Shown: one piece after another, positions 37,947 to 44,905 of the stretch | How the letters are laid out: each line of letters starts with the position of its first letter | Numbering within the stretch: position 1 is the stretch's first letter | IMG/VR virus record: IMGVR_UViG_3300048011_000030 | Location: 1 to 58,131 of that record | DNA length: 58,131 nt | From: a virus | Taxonomy: Duplodnaviria > Caudoviricetes | Strand: one strand, 5' to 3' | Program-made: the position numbers and the translations under genes | The notes under the pieces: model-generated | Seen by the model: the letters and a program-made list of their open reading frames with translations, nothing else | Told to the model about the DNA's origin: nothing | The model's database searches: none

Positions 37947-38575
37947 CAGTATCTCTTTACTTTTTCTATAATTGTATCCACATCATTGACCTCATAGCAT
38001 AACCGACAGTCCTGACACTTTTGACCAGTGCAGTTCTGCTGCTCTACAAACTCATGGGTTAATACATTGTTGAATGTTTTATCAAAGTACCTAGGAGGCT
38101 TTGACATTACTACGCTTTTCTTAGGGTTGCTGTAGATAAGGTTTAGGTTTTTTGGTTTGTTGTTTGTTTTCATCCAACGAAACACAAGGTCTGTTCGTTT
38201 AGTCCAGAGGGCGAATTGGCACCAAGGGTTATCGACAACAATTAGCATCAAGTTGTTTAGGTGTTGCATGTTTATTAGCTCACCATGTGCATTGAATCTG
38301 AATATGCTATCGATAATCCTTGGGACTTCTTGTGGTTCTAATGGTCTTGAAGACAGTAAGTCACTATTCCGTTGTAGTGCTGGAGCCATGTTTTTTCGGA
38401 AACCGTCCAGCATTTTATGGCTGTAGCAGTCCCCGCAGATATTGTCTGTCTTGTTTTCTATGGCTTTCTTGTGTTGATCTATGCAATACTTGTTAGTCTT
38501 AGTGTTAGTACTGATTGATTTTAGACCTTGAAGTTTACCTGTCATTACAGATATGTGTACTGCGGGTTTAGTCAT
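37946..38575 (-). CDS. Cys-rich Gp88-like (radical-SAM-like) protein
   Basis: C..CGDCY, FRFNAHGE, LWTKR, CTGQKCQDCRLCY. Confidence 0.6.
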   Translation of the reverse strand: MTKPAVHISVMTGKLQGLKSISTNTKTNKYCIDQHKKAIENKTDNICGDCYSHKMLDGFRKNMAPALQRNSDLLSSRPLEPQEVPRIIDSIFRFNAHGELINMQHLNNLMLIVVDNPWCQFALWTKRTDLVFRWMKTNNKPKNLNLIYSNPKKSVVMSKPPRYFDKTFNNVLTHEFVEQQNCTGQKCQDCRLCYEVNDVDTIIEKVKRY

Positions 38576-38585
38576 AAGGGGTCCT

Positions 38586-38828
38586 TTATGTGTCTATTTC
38601 TTCTACACCATCATCATCTATAGATATGAAGTCATTCTCTATACCATACGTTGCATAGAGAGCACCAATTGCTGTGAAGATCTCATGTTCTGTGTAGTCT
38701 TCATGGCTTTGCATATCTATTTCATACTCATTGTTTGTACCAATCCACATCGTCACATGGAATAGTTCATCAATTCTCCTGAATGTATCTTCTTTAGGTT
38801 TAGGCTTGAACTGGATTATTTCAGACAT
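38586..38828 (-). CDS. Hypothetical protein
   Basis: MSEIIQFKPK start; coupled. Confidence 0.65.
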   Translation of the reverse strand: MSEIIQFKPKPKEDTFRRIDELFHVTMWIGTNNEYEIDMQSHEDYTEHEIFTAIGALYATYGIENDFISIDDDGVEEIDT

Positions 38829-39006
38829 GAGGTTGTTCACCCATGTCCTCTGCGTAGTTATCCATACAATCGTGCATGTCTCTTAAGGTATGCCCTAAGT
38901 CTGTGAAGAGTGTTTCTGCTTCTACACGAGATAGGATGAGTGCTCGTTCTGCAATTTCGATAACCACTTCTCCTTCTGCTGTCCAGAATACATTTGATTT
39001 ATCCAT
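38821..39006 (-). CDS. Hypothetical protein
   Basis: RBS gagga. Confidence 0.65.
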   Translation of the reverse strand: MDKSNVFWTAEGEVVIEIAERALILSRVEAETLFTDLGHTLRDMHDCMDNYAEDMGEQPHV

Positions 39007-39032
39007 TTGAAGCTTTTCCTCACGATAAGTTA

Positions 39033-39245
39033 TTAGTTGAAGCCACGTAGTTTGATTACGTTGCGGATGCGATCTACAGTTGATGCTGAAAGTTTAGAAC
39101 GAGATACAAACCGACCTGTTTCAACATCCCGTGCTACAGATAAATATCCTTGGTGGCCGGAGAATGAACCTACTGGTTTACCATAGCGATTTGTTACACG
39201 ACGAAATTGCAGGTTTTGGCGACCGATTGGGTTTACTGTTGTCAT
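39033..39245 (-). CDS. Small basic hypothetical protein
   Basis: RBS gaaagg; RDVETGRFV motif. Confidence 0.7.
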   Translation of the reverse strand: MTTVNPIGRQNLQFRRVTNRYGKPVGSFSGHQGYLSVARDVETGRFVSRSKLSASTVDRIRNVIKLRGFN

Positions 39246-39395
39246 AGTGTTAGCCTTTCATGACTAATTTAAGTTAAGATCTTTTTCTAGTAGTTGCAAC
39301 CATAATGTAACCAACTACCCATACTCCAAATAAAATTGATATATTAAAATGCCTCTTGTTGGAATTGAGCTTTGTCGGACTCTCCAAAAATCAGA

Positions 39396-39710
39396 GTGAC
39401 CCCTATGGGTCACGAAGGATTCTGAAGGAATCCTATAGAGATCTAAAAGATCTCTCTGAGGAATCTTGAAAACCTTTAGGTTTTTGAGACTCCGATTAAA
39501 AACAGGATCCCGTAAGGGATTCTATTTAAAAACTATGAACCCTGACCGGAGACCTCAGCGCAGCATTACTACGGGGTCTCAACAGTCAGGGGTACAGGGA
39601 CCTCAACGAGAACTTCAACAAGGAGTTCGTATCGGAGTCACCTGTATTAGTTGTCCCAACTGGAGTTTGAGCTTGAAAGGATTAAAGAACCCATACTCAA
39701 CAGTTGGAAC
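39396..39710. ncRNA. Candidate structured non-coding element (RNA or ssDNA origin)
   Basis: At least six consecutive stems in a ~530-nt intergenic gap; G.T pairs favour + strand folding. Confidence 0.35.
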
Positions 39711-39775
39711 AGACAACACGGGAGGTGTGTTGTATTAAATTGTATCAGCAGTTTATTGAGATGCTTAGCTCATTA

Positions 39776-39807
39776 CTCTTTTTAAATCCGGTCCCTGTGG
39801 CCGGATT
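39776..39807 (-). promoter_or_regulatory. Putative hairpin promoter H2
   Basis: + strand ctc-ttttta-aatccggtc-cctgt-ggccggatt. Confidence 0.6.
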
Positions 39808-39819
39808 CATAGAGGATGT

Positions 39820-40317
39820 TTAGAACATTGCTTCTAGGTCTTCTTCTTTAGCTACACCTGTAGAAGATGTAGCAGGAGAAACATCACCAACAACATCAAA
39901 GTCGATGGAGTTAGAACCATTGTATTCTACAAGATCAGTTACTTGAATAGCAGTAAGTGAGCTCATAATACCTTGGCGTCCAGCTTTATCGTATGGGAAC
40001 TGAAACAAGATTACGTTACCACGAGATCCATTGCCTATTGTGGAGGCGTCAATTGGTTGTTTTGTGTTATCAACAACACGAACTTTACCATTGCTTTCAC
40101 CATTAGCTTTGAACTCTTTACGCTTAAGAGACGCTACCCACTTGCCATCTTTTTCTTTCATAGCAATGTGATTAGCAATGAGATTTTTAGCTACATCAGA
40201 ATTATCTGTTGCAATTTGGATCTCATACTGTGAAGTACCGAAAGGTGATTGTGGTGTTACCAGACGAGCCCAATTAAGTTCAATGTCTGAGATTAGATAG
40301 TTACGTGGCTTTTCCAT
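39820..40317 (-). CDS. ssb: Single-stranded DNA-binding protein (T7 gp2.5-like)
   Basis: WARL..P, IGNGSRG, LTAIQVTDLVEY, acidic tail ending in Phe. Confidence 0.8.
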   Translation of the reverse strand: MEKPRNYLISDIELNWARLVTPQSPFGTSQYEIQIATDNSDVAKNLIANHIAMKEKDGKWVASLKRKEFKANGESNGKVRVVDNTKQPIDASTIGNGSRGNVILFQFPYDKAGRQGIMSSLTAIQVTDLVEYNGSNSIDFDVVGDVSPATSSTGVAKEEDLEAMF

Positions 40318-40350
40318 AGGTTTTCCTTTACATGGATTGTGAGAGGATAT

Positions 40351-40385
40351 CTCTCTTTTTAAATCGATCCCCCTGTGGGTCGATT
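40351..40385 (-). promoter_or_regulatory. Putative hairpin promoter H3 (before ssb)
   Basis: + strand ctctc-ttttta-aatcgatcc-ccctgt-gggtcgatt. Confidence 0.6.
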
Positions 40386-40386
40386 A

Positions 40387-40494
40387 CTATTGGTTACTGT
40401 TAGAATCTTCTTTGAGAATAATCCTAATCCAGCCATAAGCATACCAGATACAGAAGATCAGCCATGCTGCTATTAGACCTGAGAGTAATAACAT
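40387..40494 (-). CDS. Small membrane protein (35 aa), not in ORF track
   Basis: MLLLSGLIAAWLIFCIWYAYGW...; coupled TAATG. Confidence 0.55.
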   Translation of the reverse strand: MLLLSGLIAAWLIFCIWYAYGWIRIILKEDSNSNQ

Positions 40495-40685
40495 TAGTTA
40501 CTTCCTTTGTTTAGATCTTTGAGCCTGGCTTCAACATGTCTCAATCTATCGTATAGGTTTTCAAGTTCATCAAGAACCCATGAGGGTCTGACACCATGAC
40601 CATACTTGTTGTGTAAGTTATAGATCTCATTTTTATACATTGAGGCACTGGTTTGAGCCAGCTCTATTTCTCCAGACATACTCAT
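40494..40685 (-). CDS. Hypothetical early protein
   Basis: Coupled ORF. Confidence 0.65.
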   Translation of the reverse strand: MSMSGEIELAQTSASMYKNEIYNLHNKYGHGVRPSWVLDELENLYDRLRHVEARLKDLNKGSN

Positions 40686-40852
40686 TGGCTATTCCTGTAA
40701 GGTTGACATGATAGGTATCCGATTGATTCTTGTAGCACATAGAAATCATCTATACGTTTAAGACAATCCTCACCTGTTAAGTTGTAATCAAGGATGTGAT
40801 CTACACCACACCCTTGGTACATTGTTAGAACTAGGATGAATACCTTAGTCAT
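40682..40852 (-). CDS. Hypothetical early protein (56 aa, MTKVFILVL...), not in ORF track
   Basis: Coupled at both ends. Confidence 0.6.
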   Translation of the reverse strand: MTKVFILVLTMYQGCGVDHILDYNLTGEDCLKRIDDFYVLQESIGYLSCQPYRNSQ

Positions 40853-40962
40853 TATGTATACCCCAAGATTTCTTCAACATAGTACTTAGCTTTCACTTCA
40901 GTCATAAGAGGATACTTCTCTATGGTTGCTTTGATAGCCTGTTCTTTTGTTAGCTTAGTCAT
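40852..40962 (-). CDS. Hypothetical early protein (36 aa, MTKLTKEQAI...), not in ORF track
   Basis: RBS gagga; coupled. Confidence 0.55.
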   Translation of the reverse strand: MTKLTKEQAIKATIEKYPLMTEVKAKYYVEEILGYT

Positions 40963-41341
40963 TTGATACATCCTCATGTGTTAAAAGTGATAGTAGTTCT
41001 CTAACTGACCAACCAGACCTACGAGACAACTCTTTCAATGTAAGATTGGGAGATGAATCGTATGTGTCTATTATGTCATCGACATCCCAGACTTTAGGGA
41101 CACCATGTGCAAGGTCTTCTTGCTTTTCAATTAGAGTACGAATATTCTGAAGAGTTTCTATGAGACTATCCAGAGTATCATCATACTTCATAATAACCCA
41201 ATCATCAGATCCTGAAGGTAAGATGGCAACCTCTTGAACTGAGGTCACTTCACTCACACCCGCTTCAAACTCTTGATGTTGTGCTATAGAGATGTTTCTG
41301 TTGAGGTGTTTTACTTTTATGTTGTTTGTATCCATTGACAT
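40955..41341 (-). CDS. Hypothetical early protein with possible C-terminal HTH
   Basis: Start moved to MSMDTNN; PNLTLKELSRRSGWSVRELLSLL resembles an HTH. Confidence 0.6.
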   Translation of the reverse strand: MSMDTNNIKVKHLNRNISIAQHQEFEAGVSEVTSVQEVAILPSGSDDWVIMKYDDTLDSLIETLQNIRTLIEKQEDLAHGVPKVWDVDDIIDTYDSSPNLTLKELSRRSGWSVRELLSLLTHEDVSND

Positions 41342-41502
41342 TATTTGACTGTCCTTTCGATAGGTGATACTTCGATGAACTCTATATGATATCCACCGAA
41401 TTCTTTTACGTGTACACCCATACCATTGGCATCGATGTAGAATACTTTGATTACTGCCCATGTTAGGATAGCAGCAAAGAGGAGCATAGAGAGTTTAGGC
41501 AT
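41341..41502 (-). CDS. Small signal-peptide/membrane protein (53 aa), not in ORF track
   Basis: MPKLSMLLFAAILTWAVIK...; coupled. Confidence 0.55.
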   Translation of the reverse strand: MPKLSMLLFAAILTWAVIKVFYIDANGMGVHVKEFGGYHIEFIEVSPIERTVK

Positions 41503-41737
41503 TAGTAACTAACCCCTCTATTTCACTATCATCACCGAATAGCATAAACCAGTCTTCAGGTGTAAGACCAGTCTTTATGAACTCACGTTGATCTGCATCA
41601 AGCATTGGGAAGGCATCTTGTATATTAGCACCTTCTGACCATGCAACATAACAATCATTGAATACCGTTTGAAGCATGTCGAATTCCATTGTGTTGTTTT
41701 TCCCAGTGATGGGTGATCTGTTTGTGTAGTGTATCAT
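41495..41737 (-). CDS. First early gene, hypothetical
   Basis: Start MIHYTNRSP after RBS gaaagga; IQDAFPML..QREFIKTG..PEDW motif. Confidence 0.7.
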   Translation of the reverse strand: MIHYTNRSPITGKNNTMEFDMLQTVFNDCYVAWSEGANIQDAFPMLDADQREFIKTGLTPEDWFMLFGDDSEIEGLVTNA

Positions 41738-41785
41738 GGTATATCCTTTCAAGATATATTCAGTACAGGGACAACCCCTATGTTT

Positions 41786-41815
41786 CTTCTTAGATCTGGC
41801 CCCTGTGGACAGATC
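41786..41815 (-). promoter_or_regulatory. Putative hairpin promoter H4 (before the first early gene)
   Basis: + strand c-ttctta-gatctggcc-cctgt-ggacagatc; same loop, different stem sequence. Confidence 0.55.
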
Positions 41816-41892
41816 ACATACTATCGGAACCAATCAGGTAGAGTATCGATAGATCTATAAGAACCCAAGAGATACACATAGCTTGGTCTTAT

Positions 41893-42325
41893 CTGAGAGT
41901 ATGCTGAGAGATACTGAGAGAGTATTGAGAGATGCTGAGAGATCTATAAGAGACTGAGAGATCTTATAGTATAGGTATATATATAGTAACCTAAGGGAGG
42001 GACTGGATAGCTTCTCCCTATAAGGAACTTAGAGAATGTTACACCATCCCCCCACAGTCTCTCACAGAATCCCACACAATCCCACAGTCCCGCTAGATCC
42101 TATGCCACAAGAGACTCTCAGAGAGCCTCACAGAACCTATAGAGGGCTCAGAGTACTCACAGTACCTAAGAGATAGACACCTACCTGAGAGAGCCTCTGA
42201 GAGATCTAGGGGGGTACTAAAAAACTATGAGGGTACCTGATAAAAAAAGTACTTATTAGGCTCTCTTTCTCAAAGACCCTCTATAAACCTCACAGGGGTA
42301 CCTCAATCTCTCACAGAACCCCCAC
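41893..42325. repeat. Short-repeat non-coding region, probable genome termini / packaging junction
   Basis: About six (c)tgagag units at 41893-41961 and many c(t/c)cacag units at 42051-42325; lies between the divergent arms. Confidence 0.65.
42016..42037 (-). promoter_or_regulatory. Putative T7-like phage promoter (copy 3, pointing into the early arm)
   Basis: Reverse complement is attctctaagttccttataggg, identical to copy 1. Confidence 0.78.
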
Positions 42326-42348
42326 ATAATCTAAAAATAATATAGATA

Positions 42349-42370
42349 TATTTCTAAGTTCCTTATAGGG
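42349..42370 (+). promoter_or_regulatory. Putative T7-like phage promoter (copy 4, before terL)
   Basis: tatttctaagttccttataggg. Confidence 0.78.
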
Positions 42371-42394
42371 ACAATGTGACATAGAGGATACACC

Positions 42395-44047
42395 ATGAAT
42401 AACAAAGAGGTTATGACTCTTCTTAAAGAAAAGGAGAAGAGGGTTAAGCTAAAGGAGTATGAGAATAACTTCACTTCTTTTGCTGAAGAACAAATACAGA
42501 TTATAACTAAGGATACATCCAAAGGTTTCATACCCTTTAAGTTCAATGAGTGTCAGCAACGTATAACAGATGCCCTCACAGAACAACAAAAGAAGACTGG
42601 TATGGTTAGGGCTATTATACTTAAGGCTAGACAACAAGGTATTAGTACGTACTGTGCTGGTAGGGTCTTTTGGAAATCATACTTCTCACCCCATTCCAGA
42701 TCAGTAGTTATGGCTCATGACTCTGCTACATCAGATGCATTGTTTAGCATGTCTAAGAACTTGATTAGGAATATGCAAGGAGACTTAGTACCTAAGGAGA
42801 TTACATCTAATGCTAAAGAGATTAAGATACAGTCTCCTGCTTACAATGATAAAGATGCTATTGGATCTTATCGTCTCTATACAGCGGGTTCTCCGGAGGC
42901 TGGTCGTGGTACTACACCAACAATTGCTCACCTATCAGAAGTAGCCTTCTGGACCCATGATGAGAAGATCTTGGCTGGTTTGTTCCAAGGTATCTCCCAA
43001 GCACCAGGCACTGAGGTTATCTTAGAGTCTACAGCTAATGGTGCTCAAGGGGAGTTCTACAGGCTCTGGAAGGGTGCTGTTGCAGGAGAGAATGAGTATC
43101 TACCTATCTTCCTACCTTGGTTTATAACTCCTGAGTATAGGCGTACAGCCCCTGAGGGTATGGAGTTGTCAATTGAAGAGGAGACCCTCGTAGAAAACTA
43201 TGGGTTAGATAATGATCAACTCTATTGGCGTAGATTAAAAATAGCAGAAGGTGGTAAGTTAAAGTTTCAACAGGAGTACCCTGCTACAGCGGATGAGGCA
43301 TTCATTGTGTCCGGTGCTAATGTCTTTGACATTGATAAACTAAACTCCCTTATCCCTCGCCCAGAACAAAAGCGTAGTGATTGGGATCCATCCAGTAAGA
43401 TGTTTGATGATAATAGGGAAGGTAACTTGTCTATCTATGGTTATCCTAAGTGGGAGGAGCCTTATGTAATTGGGGCTGATGTCTCTTTAGGGGTAGGTCA
43501 AGACTACAGTGCTGCTGTCGTTATGAATAATAAATATGAAATTGTAGCTGTATATCGTAACAATCGTATTGATCCTAGTATGTGGGGTGAGTTGTTATTC
43601 TACTTAGGTAGATATTATAACAATGCTTTCTTAGCAGTTGAGTCTAACTCTATGGGTATTGCCACACTGCAGAAGCTAGAACAGATGGGTTATCTCAATC
43701 TGTACAAACAAACAAAGATGGCTAATGTGTCTAATGAGGAAGGTTTACGTCTAGGTTTCAGAACAACATCTGCATCTAAACCTGTAATCATTGGGAACCT
43801 AAAGAATCTAATAGACAATGAGGATATTATGATACCCTCACCTATTGTCATTAGAGAACTCAAGGACTACATCTCTACAGCTAGTGGTAAGACAGAAGCA
43901 GCCCCTGGTTGCTATGATGATACTGTTATCTCTCTTGCGATATGCGCTGAAGTTCTGCGTACACATTGGGATAAGTTGAACACGAGGAATGTGTCATGGA
44001 AAGAAAGGATCTCGGACTGGGAAGAGGACAATACCCAGTGGATTTAG
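42395..44047 (+). CDS. terL: Terminase large subunit
   Basis: LKARQQGIST Walker A, AHLSE Walker B, ESTANG, FQQEYP, GADVSLG, YDDTVISLAI. Confidence 0.95.
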   Translation: MNNKEVMTLLKEKEKRVKLKEYENNFTSFAEEQIQIITKDTSKGFIPFKFNECQQRITDALTEQQKKTGMVRAIILKARQQGISTYCAGRVFWKSYFSPHSRSVVMAHDSATSDALFSMSKNLIRNMQGDLVPKEITSNAKEIKIQSPAYNDKDAIGSYRLYTAGSPEAGRGTTPTIAHLSEVAFWTHDEKILAGLFQGISQAPGTEVILESTANGAQGEFYRLWKGAVAGENEYLPIFLPWFITPEYRRTAPEGMELSIEEETLVENYGLDNDQLYWRRLKIAEGGKLKFQQEYPATADEAFIVSGANVFDIDKLNSLIPRPEQKRSDWDPSSKMFDDNREGNLSIYGYPKWEEPYVIGADVSLGVGQDYSAAVVMNNKYEIVAVYRNNRIDPSMWGELLFYLGRYYNNAFLAVESNSMGIATLQKLEQMGYLNLYKQTKMANVSNEEGLRLGFRTTSASKPVIIGNLKNLIDNEDIMIPSPIVIRELKDYISTASGKTEAAPGCYDDTVISLAICAEVLRTHWDKLNTRNVSWKERISDWEEDNTQWI

Positions 44048-44163
44048 AAGAAGAGTTTAACAATAAAGTATTAGAGTACTGGATAGAAGGTAAGATACCA
44101 CACGACATGGTAAATGTTAACAGTTCTGAGAGATGTCTTGAAATATACTATGGTTATGCGTAA
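44038..44163 (+). CDS. Hypothetical protein (41 aa, GTG start), not in ORF track
   Basis: RBS gagga; MDLEEEFNNKVLEYW... Confidence 0.45.
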   Translation: MDLEEEFNNKVLEYWIEGKIPHDMVNVNSSERCLEIYYGYA

Positions 44164-44164
44164 G

Positions 44165-44186
44165 ATTCTCTAAGTTCCTTATAGAG
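44165..44186 (+). promoter_or_regulatory. Putative T7-like phage promoter (copy 5, before the portal/head operon)
   Basis: attctctaagttccttatagag. Confidence 0.8.
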
Positions 44187-44269
44187 AATAGAGATTCCTG
44201 CATTGTCCTCATAACGCGCTGGTGGTCGCGGCAGGTAAACCACCAACTAATTTTTGAGGAGTATTTAAA

Positions 44270-44536
44270 ATGAATATTATTATCGGGTTAATCTTAGCCC
44301 TTGCGGTTACTGGAAATGTAGCACCCCAAACTAAAGACGTAGTAGATCCAATGATTATCGGTCTTTCGGTAGGGGCTATCGCTGCACCACTTGCCACATC
44401 GGCTGGAGTTACTGGTAATGCATCTATCTTAGGAACCACATACACAAATGCCAGTGTCGTTGGGACTGGTGCGGGTGTTGTTGCAAGCTCTGCAGTTGCT
44501 GTAGATGGTCTTTTAGATGAAGAAACAGAAAAGTAA
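44270..44536 (+). CDS. Hydrophobic membrane/secreted small protein
   Basis: RBS gaggag; signal-like N-terminus; Gly/Ala/Val-rich. Confidence 0.65.
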   Translation: MNIIIGLILALAVTGNVAPQTKDVVDPMIIGLSVGAIAAPLATSAGVTGNASILGTTYTNASVVGTGAGVVASSAVAVDGLLDEETEK

Positions 44537-44543
44537 TATACAG

Positions 44544-44726
44544 TTCGTCTGGCACTAACGCAAAGTGCTACGCCACGAGGTTACACAACCTCACTCGTTA
44601 CGTTGTTTTGCAGATGGAATTCGCTACCGTATAGTTTGGGTATCAACCAACTATAGCTGAACACTGGGCAGGCGTCATCCTAGTCATGATATAAAACTGA
44701 CTACATAAAACCATAGGGCATAGCCC
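44544..44726 (+). ncRNA. Candidate multi-stem structured RNA
   Basis: Six stems in a ~220-nt intergenic gap. Confidence 0.35.
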
Positions 44727-44758
44727 CAAGTTTGTTAGTTAGACCCACGGAGGGAGCT

Positions 44759-44905
44759 ATGCGATTTAATGAAACACAAGTTGAACCAAAGAAAGAGCCT
44801 AAACCTAAAAAAGAAAAGGTTGTTATCAAGGCTGGTAGTAAGGATTATGACTACGCTGAGTTAGCTAAGACTAAGAAGATTCTTACAGGAAGGGGTTCAT
44901 TCTAA
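44759..44905 (+). CDS. Small Lys-rich protein (48 aa), not in ORF track
   Basis: RBS ggagggag; coupled TAATG to portal. Confidence 0.65.
   Translation: MRFNETQVEPKKEPKPKKEKVVIKAGSKDYDYAELAKTKKILTGRGSF

Noticed and set aside
39466-39738. 90-aa + strand ORF
   Set aside because: TTG start, atypical composition, and it overlaps the stem-rich region; probably spurious
36096-41815. Conserved hairpins as ordinary minus-strand terminators
   Set aside because: Two copies have A.C mismatches on the minus strand, T-tracts are short or absent, and the loop sequence is conserved; kept only as the alternative hypothesis
41893-42325. CRISPR array or coding repeats
   Set aside because: Degenerate 7-10 nt units without spacers or a credible ORF
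44544-44726. tRNA gene
   Set aside because: No cloverleaf with a T-loop GTTCRA and acceptor stem; no tRNA recognised anywhere in the window by eye
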